64,000 bases of DNA from Cyanobacteria bacterium P01_H01_bin.74. GTDB lineage: Bacteria > Cyanobacteriota > Vampirovibrionia > Vampirovibrionales > Vampirovibrionaceae. Under the pieces are notes generated by a model. It ran no database searches. It saw only the letters and a list, made by a program, of their open reading frames with translations, and was not told the DNA's origin. The stretch covers positions 1,898 to 65,897 of the forward strand of contig JBCDLA010000001.1 of the NCBI GenBank assembly GCA_038745945.1, written 5' to 3'. Position 1 is the first letter of the stretch. The number at the start of each line of letters is the position of its first letter. Of the stretch, positions 25,334 to 35,907 are shown piece after piece. The translations under genes were made by a program, and so were the position numbers.

Positions 25334-26221
25334 TTATGCCAGATCATTCAAAAAAACATCCGCATCCATTTCTGACAGGGGCTGAACGTTATTGAGCTTG
25401 TTAACAAAGGTCTCCGCCTCCAGCATATCGATACTGGGCACCGAACTGGGTGAAAACCGCTGTTTTTTTCTGATATTGGCTTCCAGCAAGATGCCATCAC
25501 TTTCTGCATAATATAACCCGGTTTCAGATTGAGGCTTGCAGGTGTTTTCTACCAGTAGGGGGATTTCTGAGGCGGCTTTGATGACTGCAAACTCTGTTGA
25601 TGACAGATCATAGTCATTTAGCACAAAGCCAATGTTATTCACTAAGGGATCGGGCAAACAGTCTACCGCGCTCTGAATGGACTGCTGAATAACGGCTGGA
25701 TTGCGGAACGCCGTATCGTTTGAATTGGTGAATGCAGCGCGTTGGTTGCAGTTAATATCAACCAGGAGATAAGGCATTTTGGCTTGCAGTTGCTGCTGAT
25801 AGGCCAGTAATTCACTAAAGCGGCTGTTGGCAATGCCAGAAGGCGTGAGTTTTGCCCCGGCAAGCACCGAGAGGCGGATAAAACATGCCCCCGTGTTTAC
25901 GGCAATGGCAAGGGCTGTTTCGGGATCGTTGTGGAGGACTGAAACACCAACTGGCAACCGGGTCAGCTGAATAATGGAGGTGGTTAATTGTGCAATGGCA
26001 ATGGCTGCTGCGTGATCCAGACGGGTATTGTTCACCCCGGGGCTGGTGGTGTTTTCAAGCATTAGGCCATCCACCCCAGCTGAAGCCAGTGTTGTCGCAT
26101 CCTGCTCGGCGCGGGCCGTCAACAGTTCCCAATCACTTGACCAAAAGGCAGAACCGGGCAAAGGCATCAATGCAACTTTCCCGATGATGGGTTTGGGTTT
26201 TCCAAAGATTTTAGCTACCAT
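25334..26221 (-). CDS. BtpA/SgcQ family TIM-barrel protein.
   Basis: N-terminal ...KPIIGKVALMPLPGS... matches the BtpA-family hallmark (IGmvHLlPLPGsP). Confidence 0.65.
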   Translation of the reverse strand: MVAKIFGKPKPIIGKVALMPLPGSAFWSSDWELLTARAEQDATTLASAGVDGLMLENTTSPGVNNTRLDHAAAIAIAQLTTSIIQLTRLPVGVSVLHNDPETALAIAVNTGACFIRLSVLAGAKLTPSGIANSRFSELLAYQQQLQAKMPYLLVDINCNQRAAFTNSNDTAFRNPAVIQQSIQSAVDCLPDPLVNNIGFVLNDYDLSSTEFAVIKAASEIPLLVENTCKPQSETGLYYAESDGILLEANIRKKQRFSPSSVPSIDMLEAETFVNKLNNVQPLSEMDADVFLNDLA

Positions 26222-26328
26222 AGGATTATTTTAATATCAAAATAAACAAAGCTGTAAAAAATTTAGCGGCAAAAATTGACCGGATAAATTTTCTCAGTGA
26301 GATTAAACGCTTAAGAGCCCAGAATGTT

Positions 26329-27735
26329 ATGAAATACAAGCAATCAGTGGTTGCCGTTGTTGGTCGTCCCAATGTTGGCAAATCAACATTTGTCAATCGC
26401 ATTATCGGTGCCCGCTCGGCCATTGTTGATGACACACCGGGGGTAACCCGTGACCGCTCTTATCATGAGGTCTCGTGGCAAGGCCACACTTTTACCCTGA
26501 TTGATACAGGGGGTATTATGCCTGAGCCTGATTTGGAAACCCACCCGTTTGCTGAACTGATTAATCTTCAAGTTGATATTGCAGTTACGGAAGCCGATTT
26601 AATTGTCTTTCTGGTGGATGGCCATGACGGCGTCACTCCGGTTGATGAAACCATTGCCCAAGCGCTTCGCCAAAGCAACAAACCGGTTTTGCTGGCGGTC
26701 AATAAAATTGACAACCCGGCGCAACAGCATAACAGCGCTGAGTTTTTCAGCCTGTCATTGGGCACGCCGTATAGTTTATCGGCCTTGCACGGCAATATTG
26801 GGGTTGGGGATCTGTTAGATGAAGTCCTGAAAAGTCTACCCGCCGCCGATACGGAGCCAGACGAAGACGGCGGGATTAAAATTGCATTGGTGGGCCGTCC
26901 CAATGTCGGGAAATCCTCATTGCTGAATGCCATGCTGGGGGAAGACCGGGCCATTGTCAGCGATATCTCAGGGACCACCCGTGATGCCATTCAAGCGCCT
27001 CTGGTGGTTGATGATCAACTCTTCTGGCTCGTTGATACAGCCGGCATCAGAAAGAAAGGCAAAGTTGGCTATGGGATTGAGCAGTTTTCGGTCGATCGCT
27101 CCCTGCGGGCCATCCGTAGTGCTGATGTGACGGTTATGGTCCTGGATGCCACAGAAAATGAGTCCAACACCCTGGGCAACATGGTGACCGATCAGGACAA
27201 AAAAATTATTGAAACCAGCAATGCTGCCGGGAAAGCCTTGGTCATTCTCATTAACAAGTGGGATTTAATTGCCAATAAAACGCCCAGCTCAAGCGATCAA
27301 TTAAAAAAAAGACTGCTGCTGGAACTGCCGCATGCCAGCTTTGCAGCCTTTGTCTTTACCAGTGCCGTCAAAAAGCAACGGATTACCGCTGTTTTTAATT
27401 GGGTGAAAACCGTTTATGACAATGCCTCACGACGAATCAAAACCAGCTTGATAAACGAAGTTCTCTCGGAAGCCTTTGTTTTATCCCCCCCTCCGCCCAT
27501 CAAAAACAAACGCCTGAAACTTCTGTACGCGACCCAGGTTAGCAGCAATCCGCCGACCTTTATTTTATTTGTCAATGATGCCAAGCTGTTTAAAGACAAT
27601 TACAAACGCTACCTGGACCGCAAGCTCAGGGAAAGCTTTGAATTTTTTGGGACACCCTTGGTGATTGCAGCCCGTTCTCGTGATGAAAAAAAGCCTTCAA
27701 AACCCAAACGTTCAACAGTTAAGCCCGGGAAATAA
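26329..27735 (+). CDS. der: Ribosome-biogenesis GTPase Der (EngA), with tandem GTPase domains and a KH-like C-terminus.
   Basis: Two G1 motifs (GRPNVGKST, GRPNVGKSS) and DTAG/DTGG motifs. Confidence 0.9.
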   Translation: MKYKQSVVAVVGRPNVGKSTFVNRIIGARSAIVDDTPGVTRDRSYHEVSWQGHTFTLIDTGGIMPEPDLETHPFAELINLQVDIAVTEADLIVFLVDGHDGVTPVDETIAQALRQSNKPVLLAVNKIDNPAQQHNSAEFFSLSLGTPYSLSALHGNIGVGDLLDEVLKSLPAADTEPDEDGGIKIALVGRPNVGKSSLLNAMLGEDRAIVSDISGTTRDAIQAPLVVDDQLFWLVDTAGIRKKGKVGYGIEQFSVDRSLRAIRSADVTVMVLDATENESNTLGNMVTDQDKKIIETSNAAGKALVILINKWDLIANKTPSSSDQLKKRLLLELPHASFAAFVFTSAVKKQRITAVFNWVKTVYDNASRRIKTSLINEVLSEAFVLSPPPPIKNKRLKLLYATQVSSNPPTFILFVNDAKLFKDNYKRYLDRKLRESFEFFGTPLVIAARSRDEKKPSKPKRSTVKPGK

Positions 27736-27747
27736 CCACCCCACCCA

Positions 27748-28377
27748 TTGATTATGCCAATACCCTCACTCCCAGCCGATTTTATAAACCCTTATTTTAT
27801 TTACCCTCTTGTTGCACTGATAGGCTACTTGATTGGTGCCATTCCGACAGCCTATCTGGTGGTCAAAAAACTGACCGGCCAAGACATCCGTAACATTGGC
27901 AGCGGCAATGTGGGTGCCACCAATGTAAAACGGGCAGCAGGTTTTAAACCTTACCTCTTTACGATGGTTGTCGACGGATTAAAGGGACTCATCCCGGTTT
28001 TGATTGTAAAAGGTGTGTTCCCTGCGTATTACTGGCTGCACATTCTGGTGGCACTCAGTACAGTTGTTGGCCACAGTAAATCCATTTATCTCGGCTTTTC
28101 CGGGGGAAAGTCAGCTGCAACGGGCTTGGGCGGTGTTCTTGCGTTGGCACCGATTCCTGCAAGCCTTTTGGGCTTGTTTGCTTTTGGCATTACCAAAGCA
28201 ACACGCTTTGTTTCAGTGGGTTCAATTGCAACCAGCTTTTTGGCCCCTTTACTGCTCTATTTGTTTGGGATGCCATGGCCTTACAGCCTGTATGCAGGGT
28301 TTGCAGGGCTTTATATTATTTTCATGCATAAAAATAATATCTCACGGTTGATAAAAGGAACGGAGAACCGCATTTAG
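27748..28377 (+). CDS. plsY: Glycerol-3-phosphate acyltransferase PlsY.
   Basis: GSGNVGATNV motif, ~200-aa membrane protein, conserved der-plsY-gpsA neighbourhood. Confidence 0.85.
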   Translation: MIMPIPSLPADFINPYFIYPLVALIGYLIGAIPTAYLVVKKLTGQDIRNIGSGNVGATNVKRAAGFKPYLFTMVVDGLKGLIPVLIVKGVFPAYYWLHILVALSTVVGHSKSIYLGFSGGKSAATGLGGVLALAPIPASLLGLFAFGITKATRFVSVGSIATSFLAPLLLYLFGMPWPYSLYAGFAGLYIIFMHKNNISRLIKGTENRI

Positions 28378-28378
28378 T

Positions 28379-29401
28379 ATGAAAAAATTGGCCATTCTGG
28401 GTGCAGGGAGCTGGGGGTTAACCCTTTCCTGGCTGGCATCAGGCAATGAGGCAGGCAATATCCCAAAGCAGGTCTGTTTGTGGGACAGAAGCTCAGAGAA
28501 AATTACAGCACTAAAAAAAAACAGAACCGTCAGCTTTCCTGTTTCATTAACGCTGCCGGATGCATTGACCCTAACCACTAATCTTTCTGAGGCGGTGGCC
28601 GATGCTGATGTCATTGTATTGGTTGTGACTGTTTCGGGAACACAGCCTGTTCTGGAAAAGATCCATGCCGATTGCTCGATTTCTAAAAACACGATTCTGG
28701 TTAATGCCTCCAAGGGTATTGCATTTCCCAGTTTGAAGCGTCTTTCAGAAATTATCCATGAAGTCTTTCCCGACAATCCCTGTGCTGTTTTGTCTGGGCC
28801 AACCTTGGCACGAGAAATACTGGCAGGCTTGCCTACAGCTTGCTCAATTGCTTGTCAAGGCCCCGAAACCGCTTCTTTTTTGCAGTCCTATTTGTCTCAT
28901 AATCTTTTTCGTTTGTATTCCAACAGTGATGTTGTCGGCGTTGAATTGGGCGGAGCTCTCAAAAATATTTTTGCCATTGCAAGCGGTTATATGCGCGAAA
29001 AAAAACTGGGGGACAATGCAGTAGCTGCCATGTTGACCCGAGGGTTATCTGAAATGACCCGCTTCAGTGTATCTATGGGGGCAAATCCTGACACATTGTA
29101 CGGGATGAGTGGCTTGGGTGATTTGCTGGCCACGGCAAACAGTCCCCTCAGCAGAAATTATCAGGTTGGTGCCTCACTAGCAAAGGGAGAAAAACTTGAA
29201 GACATCTTAAGCCGTCTTCAAATGGTTGCAGAAGGGGTTAAAACAACGCACGCGGTCTATGCGTTATCAAAATCAGCTGGTCTAGAAACCCCCATTGTTG
29301 ATATGGTTAAGCACTGTCTGGCAGAACCGCTTTCTGACAGCATGATTATTAAAAACCTGATGACTCGCAAGCTAAAAGCAGAAGGATGTGGTGTTAAGTA
29401 G
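28379..29401 (+). CDS. gpsA: NAD(P)H-dependent glycerol-3-phosphate dehydrogenase.
   Basis: ILGAGSWG Rossmann motif, GALKNIFAIASG, LGDLLAT. 340 aa. Confidence 0.9.
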   Translation: MKKLAILGAGSWGLTLSWLASGNEAGNIPKQVCLWDRSSEKITALKKNRTVSFPVSLTLPDALTLTTNLSEAVADADVIVLVVTVSGTQPVLEKIHADCSISKNTILVNASKGIAFPSLKRLSEIIHEVFPDNPCAVLSGPTLAREILAGLPTACSIACQGPETASFLQSYLSHNLFRLYSNSDVVGVELGGALKNIFAIASGYMREKKLGDNAVAAMLTRGLSEMTRFSVSMGANPDTLYGMSGLGDLLATANSPLSRNYQVGASLAKGEKLEDILSRLQMVAEGVKTTHAVYALSKSAGLETPIVDMVKHCLAEPLSDSMIIKNLMTRKLKAEGCGVK

Positions 29402-30014
29402 CACCTGTAATGCCTTAAAAGTGCTAAATCAGAGAAGAGAGCAAGTTAAGTATTTTTATAATATAACGTGTTTGCTCATTGAATATTTATTTGAATTGTT
29501 CTTCAATTTACTTTCTATGTTTTGTCATACTCTTTAGGTTGTGACTGTTTTTTGCTCATATTGTATGAGAACAAATTTTAATGTAGCTGCGCCATCGGCT
29601 ACCTACCATTCAAAGTCTGGTTGAATGTTAATTACCCCAGGAATGACTTAAGCATGTCTTTTCAAATATTTCATCAACTTCTTTGATAAAAGCATCTGTA
29701 TTAGTGTGTTTTCATTCACTATAATTGCAGAAACATCTTAGAAAGATTCTTCTGCAATTCGAATTCGAAGAACAGCATTAATAAACTGCTGGTTATTTTT
29801 TGCAATACTGCTCTAGGCAGATTTTCTTACTGGAAAGTCGTGATTCTGTTTAACTCATGCCTTATCTGAACTATCTCATATGTCGTTCCTACCTTTAATT
29901 CATTATAATTCTACCGCCTATAGAACAATAGGATTTTTTATCTCAGTTTTTTAGTTTTGACTACACTACCTACGAACAGAAAACGAATCTAATTTATTAA
30001 ATTTTTAACAGTTT

Positions 30015-30584
30015 CTAACCAAAATAAGGAATAAAATGATTTATCCCTGGTGGGTTTGATTCATAAAAAGTATTTGTAGTACTTGTACTCAAGCTGTTAA
30101 GGCCGGGTTGAACCTGCCACGATGTGTTCACAGGACTCTCTTGACTGATATCAACACCGAAGCGAAGGTTATTATTACCCGCTGAACTAACGCCAGAGGA
30201 ACCTGTATCTGGTGGTGGCGCAGCAGATACACCACTGGTTGGTGCAATACCGAAAAAGGGATCAATAATTCTGATGTCATAATCAGAATTGTACTCGGGT
30301 AACTGACTGGCATAGTCGTAGCCAGTGTAAGCGCCATCTTCAGTGTATGGTGGTGTAACCGTCTTGTGTTGTGCTTCTGCTCCCAATACAAAACCAAGGT
30401 TTTCTACCATTTCAATGGCACTATTGACCCCTGGGTTTGTGGTCCAGTTGGTTCTGGACAGCCATGCATTGTAGTTGGCTGTGGTGTAAGGGACAGTGTT
30501 ATCTACACCATAATCGGTAATTGGACCATTGTGGCTAAATGGTGGTAAATCTGGCTTTGGGTTATACGGGTTGAGAAAATACAT
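30015..30584 (-). CDS. N/Y/T/P-rich protein (~189 aa) with no signal peptide. Member 2 of the paralogous family.
   Basis: The internal ATG (MYFLNPYNP...) is preceded by a strong SD (AAGGAGGAG), so the real start is ~30584 rather than 30632. N-terminal blocks align with ORF 8315..10186. The C-terminal GNNNLRFGVD block resembles the N-terminus of ORF 58202..58753. Isolated between 600-bp and 350-bp AT-rich non-coding stretches. Confidence 0.5.
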   Translation of the reverse strand: MYFLNPYNPKPDLPPFSHNGPITDYGVDNTVPYTTANYNAWLSRTNWTTNPGVNSAIEMVENLGFVLGAEAQHKTVTPPYTEDGAYTGYDYASQLPEYNSDYDIRIIDPFFGIAPTSGVSAAPPPDTGSSGVSSAGNNNLRFGVDISQESPVNTSWQVQPGLNSLSTSTTNTFYESNPPGINHFIPYFG

Positions 30585-30985
30585 AAAACCGTTCTCCTCC
30601 TTGTTTGAAACACGAGAAACTGTTAACAACATGTCTTATTAGTTTCTCACTCAGATAATTTTTTAAAGACGGTTACATAGTATTGCGGATTTTTTCGGCA
30701 ATGCTGATTGCTCAACAATTACCAATATGCAATGGGTATAAACCGTGATGATGACACAAATTTTTCTAAATACCTACTCAAGAAAAACAGGAAATGTCTT
30801 TCTTATTTTTTAAAAATCTTCTATCAATTATATAAAAACAAGTATTTGGGTTTTTGTGCTAATGGCTTACCTATAATGAAATATAAAAGGATGGAAAATA
30901 TAAGTAACCCTGACAATGACAAAATTCATTTTCCTGTGCAAAATATCCATTACTAGTTTTGAATGCAAAAAACAAGCCTGTAAAA

Positions 30986-32674
30986 TTATGATGCACAGTA
31001 TAAGTAATACAGCAGCGTTCGGACACCAAAGCCAGTCCCGCCTGCCGGAGTTTCTGGGGTCTCGGTGCTGGTGAAGGCAGGACCGGCAATATCCAAATGA
31101 GTCCAGGCCTGGCCTTCAGTAACAAAGGTTTTTAAAAACATGCCTGCAGCAATGGTGCCGGCCTCACCTTTTGCCCCGGCATTTTTCAGGTCAGCCACAT
31201 CACTTTTTAGCAGCGGCGCATAATCCTCATCAAGCGGCAGCTGCCAGAGCTTTTCACCGGCCTGCTCACCAGAAGCCTTTAATGCGTGAATCATCGCATC
31301 AGATGTCCCCATGGCAGCAGCAGCCACTTTGCCCAAAGCCACAATACTGGCCCCCGTTAATGTAGCCAAATCAATTATTTCAGAAGCCTTTGTATACTGT
31401 TGCGCGTAGGTCAAGGCATCGCATAAAATCAGTCGGCCTTCTGCGTCGGTGTTATTGACCTCCACGGTTTGTCCACTCATTGAGGTCACGATATCACCGG
31501 GTTTTGCGGCATTGCCGTTGGGCATGTTCTCACAGGCCGGGATAATGCCGTGGACTGTTGTTTTCAACTCCCCCAGTGATGCAATGGCCTGCATAACCGC
31601 CAAAACAGTAGCAGCACCTGCCATATCAATTTTCATTAATTCCATGCTGGCTGGTGGTTTTAAAGAAAGGCCACCGCTGTCAAATGTAATGCCTTTTCCC
31701 ACCAGGGCCACTGTTTTTTCCGAGGGCGTTGCAGATGCCAGCTTGGGGGTATACGTCAGATGAATTAAATAAGCCGGTGTCGTACTGCCTCGGGCAACCA
31801 GTTCAAAACAGTGCATTCCCATTGCTTTGGCCTCTTCCAGGGACAACACCTTGCAAGACAGGCCCTGAATAGACGCTGCCGTTGTTTTAAGAAAGGTCGG
31901 GGTTATGAAATTGGCGCTGTCATTCACCCAGTCACGGGCAGCATGGGTTGCATCTGCAAGGGTTTCGGCAAAAGCCTGCTTTTTGGAGATCGCTTCAACC
32001 TCACCCTCAGTCATTCCTTCTGGCAACACAACAGACACAGCAGAAACTGTGGGAACCTCACGCTTTTTGGGTTGACCAGAAGGCCCAACGGTGGTTTTTC
32101 GCTGATTAAATTTGTAATTGCTTAACAAAGCCCCTTCGGCGATTGCGCAAAACAACGCGTCAAGCGGTATTGAATCTTGCGTAGCAGGGGATGGGATGGA
32201 CTTATTTAACAATAACTGAAGCCTTACTGATTCTGTTTTAACAGGCATTGCCGAGCTGTTGCACAGTTTAATGACCGCCGCCGCCGCACGACGAAGCACT
32301 TGTGAGGTTATCTTTTCTTCTTTGCCCAGACCGACCAGTACAATGCACGGCAGTGCTGCTTGTCCATAGGCAGGCAAAACCAGGGTTTCTTTGGGTTTGC
32401 CAGAAAACTTTAAAGCTGATGACGACAAAAAAGCAGTGAAGGCCTCCGCCTCATTTTTCGGGAAATGCCTGCTTAGCCATTCGCTCACAGGCCCCAAGTC
32501 TGCGGTTGATTCTGTGGTTTGGGCAGTGTGTGTTTTTTCATCAGCAGGCATGCTTTTAGAAAAAACACCAAAAGCGAGCACTTCATTATTCATCTGGCTA
32601 TCTGGCTGTTTTGTGTGACTCACATGTATGGCGTCAATAATGTCTTGGTTTTGAAGAAATGACAGTTTTGTCAT
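30986..32674 (-). CDS. pepA: Leucyl aminopeptidase (M17) with an N-terminal extension.
   Basis: NTDAEGRL and VGKGITFDSGG motifs. 562 aa. Confidence 0.85.
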   Translation of the reverse strand: MTKLSFLQNQDIIDAIHVSHTKQPDSQMNNEVLAFGVFSKSMPADEKTHTAQTTESTADLGPVSEWLSRHFPKNEAEAFTAFLSSSALKFSGKPKETLVLPAYGQAALPCIVLVGLGKEEKITSQVLRRAAAAVIKLCNSSAMPVKTESVRLQLLLNKSIPSPATQDSIPLDALFCAIAEGALLSNYKFNQRKTTVGPSGQPKKREVPTVSAVSVVLPEGMTEGEVEAISKKQAFAETLADATHAARDWVNDSANFITPTFLKTTAASIQGLSCKVLSLEEAKAMGMHCFELVARGSTTPAYLIHLTYTPKLASATPSEKTVALVGKGITFDSGGLSLKPPASMELMKIDMAGAATVLAVMQAIASLGELKTTVHGIIPACENMPNGNAAKPGDIVTSMSGQTVEVNNTDAEGRLILCDALTYAQQYTKASEIIDLATLTGASIVALGKVAAAAMGTSDAMIHALKASGEQAGEKLWQLPLDEDYAPLLKSDVADLKNAGAKGEAGTIAAGMFLKTFVTEGQAWTHLDIAGPAFTSTETPETPAGGTGFGVRTLLYYLYCAS

Positions 32675-32772
32675 ATGTTGCCTCTCTGTTTAAATGCCTT
32701 TCTGTTTAAAATTTTTTAAGGTTTGAAATTATTTTGTTTTTTGATTTTTTGGCCGTTTAATCACCAGGCGGT

Positions 32773-33399
32773 TTAATCGGGTGTGACCAGTTGTGAGCGA
32801 ACCCGGCCTGAGAAAGAAACATCGCTGAAATCCAAGCTAAATTTGCAGCGATCGGCCTGCGTTTGTCCGTTAGGAAAGGTTAAAGTGACACCACCGCTGG
32901 CCTGAACGTAATCACTGCTTGCATCCCAAACCATGGTTGGGGCTGTCAGCTTATTGGACGAAACAGCTGCGTTATCCGCTGACTGGTCTTTGTCTACAGT
33001 CTCAGACTCAACAGACTGAACAACCACGCCGCCAGAAAGCGTTACCGCATTGTTTTCATTGGTATACTGCCCCTTGGGTGCAGTAAAGGTGAGCAGTGGC
33101 TTTCCGGCTGCATTAAAAAAAACACCATTCACGTCATTCAGTTTGGCAGAAGCCCGGTCTTCAGCATAAATGGCCTGTTGTGCAATAATTTTCCACTTTT
33201 TACGATCGCCTTCTGTCACCAGAAAAGAGACCGTCTCGCCGACCAGTCCTGTTTCGTCAGCATTGCGTTCTTTTGCCGTGTTTTTTGAAGGCGCCTGAAT
33301 GCTCTCAAGAGAAAACTGGCGGGTATTCCAGACAGCAGCAATTAATACAGCCCCCAAAATACAGGCCGTAATCAGCAGGACTTTGCGGCTTGCTTTCAT
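32773..33399 (-). CDS. LptC-like periplasmic protein with an N-terminal TM anchor.
   Basis: Single N-terminal TM followed by a beta-rich ~180-aa region, the size and shape of LptC. Weak. Confidence 0.4.
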   Translation of the reverse strand: MKASRKVLLITACILGAVLIAAVWNTRQFSLESIQAPSKNTAKERNADETGLVGETVSFLVTEGDRKKWKIIAQQAIYAEDRASAKLNDVNGVFFNAAGKPLLTFTAPKGQYTNENNAVTLSGGVVVQSVESETVDKDQSADNAAVSSNKLTAPTMVWDASSDYVQASGGVTLTFPNGQTQADRCKFSLDFSDVSFSGRVRSQLVTPD

Positions 33400-33400
33400 T

Positions 33401-34444
33401 TTACGACAATGCGTGCGGCGTTAACTGGTAGGCATCAACCGCCTTTGCAATCAGAGGAAGCAATTGATCTAAGGCAGAATCCAGCGTTGCATTAATTGAA
33501 CACCCTGCAGCCAGCCGGTGGCCGCCACCATTAAACTGTGCCATGATTTCTGAAACATCAATGGTTTCACGATCACTGCGAATACTAACCTTGGTGGTAC
33601 CCGCCGGGGTTTCTCGAATCACGAAGGCGACCACGACTGTATCAATCCGCCGCAACAATTCAACAATGCCTTCAACATATTCTTCTGGCGAGTGCATTTC
33701 AGCCAGAAGGCTTTGTGTTACCACCGTCCAGGCAACGGTTTTATCAGTATTAAAACTTGCATTTAAAAATGCTTTGGCGTGCAGCTGAAGTTTCTCAAGG
33801 GGTTGTTCTTCAAACATTTGCCGGTAGATAAATTCAGGCCGGGCACCTGCAGAGACCAGTTGGCTGGCAATTTGAAGCACTTTTCCGGTTGTATTGCTGT
33901 AGCGAAAACAGCCTGTATCGGTAATAATGCCCACATACAGACATGTTGCAACATTTTCATCGACCGGGATATTCATTGCCATCAGTAAATCATAAATGAC
34001 TTCCGTACTGGCAGCTGCAGACGTATCAATCAGGTTCAGTGTGGCAAACCCGACGTTGCTGATATGATGATCGATGTTGACAGACAGCTTGGCAGCATTG
34101 AAAACAGGCTGTGCCAGCCCCAGACGATCCGGGGAGCCGCAGTCAACGGAAATGGCCATATCGTATTCTGTGCACAGTTTGTTGGCATCATCTTCCATGT
34201 GCATCACCCAGCCAATGCCCGGCAAGAACGAAAAGACATCCGGCATTTTGCCTGAAATAACACAGTCAATTCGGTCCAGGTGTTTTACATGCTCACCCAA
34301 TGCCAGTTTTAAGGCCAGCATCGAGCCCAGCGTATCGCCATCAGGACCCACATGGGCAGTAATAAAGACTGTTTTGCAGGTTTTCAAGTGGTCAATAAAC
34401 GGTTGAAAAATGATACAATCTCCCAAAAAAGTCTTTGATTTCAA
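33401..34444 (-). CDS. nrnA: DHH/DHHA1 phosphoesterase (NrnA-like oligoribonuclease/pAp phosphatase).
   Basis: DHH motifs (HVGPDGDTLGS, DHH) and DHHA1 GGGH (FNGGGHRLAAG). Confidence 0.8.
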   Translation of the reverse strand: MKSKTFLGDCIIFQPFIDHLKTCKTVFITAHVGPDGDTLGSMLALKLALGEHVKHLDRIDCVISGKMPDVFSFLPGIGWVMHMEDDANKLCTEYDMAISVDCGSPDRLGLAQPVFNAAKLSVNIDHHISNVGFATLNLIDTSAAASTEVIYDLLMAMNIPVDENVATCLYVGIITDTGCFRYSNTTGKVLQIASQLVSAGARPEFIYRQMFEEQPLEKLQLHAKAFLNASFNTDKTVAWTVVTQSLLAEMHSPEEYVEGIVELLRRIDTVVVAFVIRETPAGTTKVSIRSDRETIDVSEIMAQFNGGGHRLAAGCSINATLDSALDQLLPLIAKAVDAYQLTPHALS

Positions 34445-34538
34445 TACAAACGCTTCAAATGCAAATAATAGTTTAACGCAAACATTTGTTTCAAGCAGTG
34501 TGTTTTGTACAATAAACTATTAAAACAAGGAAATAACA

Positions 34539-35651
34539 ATGAGATCAGTCACTGTGTCTGAAAAGCCCTTGCCAGATAATATTGAAAAACCAGAAGCGTT
34601 CGAAAAAACCGCTGTTCAAACAATAATTGATCTGGTTGAAACCCTCCGCAATCCGGTTTCAGGATGCCCGTGGGACTTAAAGCAAACCCATCAAAGCTTG
34701 CGGAAATACCTGCTGGAAGAAAGTTATGAAACCCTGGAAGCCATCGACAACCTGCCATCACAAGACGTGTTTGACCAGTGCAGCCGTGATCCTGGAACCC
34801 AGGCAGAAATAGCGTCAGCCTATGGCCACCTTAAAGAAGAACTGGGCGATGTATTGCTTCAGGTCTTGCTGCACAGCCAGATTGCCAAAGACAACGGCCA
34901 GTTCTCATTTGAAACGGTTTGTGCAGGACTTGCTGAAAAAATGATACGCCGGCACCCCCATGTCTTTTCGTCTAAAGCCCAGATGTCAGGATCTTCGCTT
35001 TCTGCGGACCATGTTGCTGAAAACTGGGCGAAGATTAAGCAGCAAGAAAAACGCGCCAAACAGAACCAGTCCACTCAGAGTCCACAAGAGATACCCAATA
35101 GCCCGTTCAGGAGCATTATGGATGAGATTGGCAGTGCACAACCGGGCCTCAGTCAAGCCTATGCGGTCAGTAAAAAAGCCGTATCTGTTGGGTTTAAATG
35201 GCCCAATTTTGATTCGCTGTGGGCTTGCGTGATGAGCGAATTCGATGAATTCCGGCTTGAGGCCGAGCAATTGCATCAGCTTGAAAATCAACCAGACCCA
35301 GCACAAGATGATGCTCAGGGCTTAGAGAACCCAAAAGCCCTGCAAAAAGGAGCCTTGCAAAAAGAAAAAGAGGCCCTGAAAGAAAAGCTTGAAGAAGAGT
35401 TCGGCGATATACTGTTTGCAACAGTCAATTTGGCCCGAGAATTTGACATATCGCCTGAAATTGCCCTCAGTCGTGCAACCCGAAAATTTAAAACCCGTTT
35501 CGCTGAAATGGAACGCGCGATTGCAGAAAAAAATATGATCGATCAGTCTAAGGAAGACAGTCAGGAAAAACAAATGGCTGCAATGAAACAAATTGACTTT
35601 GAAACCTGGGACCAGTACTGGCGTGAAGCAAAGACACATACGGCAAAATAA
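34539..35651 (+). CDS. mazG: MazG-family nucleoside triphosphate pyrophosphohydrolase (tandem MazG domains).
   Basis: EELGDVLLQVLLHSQIA and EEFGDILFATVNLAR EExxD/E motifs. Confidence 0.8.
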   Translation: MRSVTVSEKPLPDNIEKPEAFEKTAVQTIIDLVETLRNPVSGCPWDLKQTHQSLRKYLLEESYETLEAIDNLPSQDVFDQCSRDPGTQAEIASAYGHLKEELGDVLLQVLLHSQIAKDNGQFSFETVCAGLAEKMIRRHPHVFSSKAQMSGSSLSADHVAENWAKIKQQEKRAKQNQSTQSPQEIPNSPFRSIMDEIGSAQPGLSQAYAVSKKAVSVGFKWPNFDSLWACVMSEFDEFRLEAEQLHQLENQPDPAQDDAQGLENPKALQKGALQKEKEALKEKLEEEFGDILFATVNLAREFDISPEIALSRATRKFKTRFAEMERAIAEKNMIDQSKEDSQEKQMAAMKQIDFETWDQYWREAKTHTAK

Positions 35652-35907
35652 TTCTATTGTTCTAAAATCCATTGCCCTAAAATCAATTTACATTTAAAAA
35701 TATTCTGACACCTTTATTCAATGAATTGTTTTTATGCAAATATAGAAAGAGTAAAAGGTTATTGATAAAGGCCACAAACGCACAGCACCCTGTTAACGTG
35801 TATACCACGTGTTTTAATGGCAGAAGGGTTCCGTTTCACCATGTAGTAAGGAAATTTGAATCAGCAGGCGACACCATGTTCTGTTGCACGAAAGGATAGT
35901 CTGAATT

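Noticed and set aside
30708-30956. 82-aa plus-strand ORF (MLNNYQYAMGINRDDD...) in the AT-rich spacer next to family member 2.
   Set aside because: Lies in AT-rich non-coding DNA where random ORFs of this size are expected (stop-codon-poor on one strand), and no RBS. It could conceivably be a real small gene, but there is no supporting evidence.
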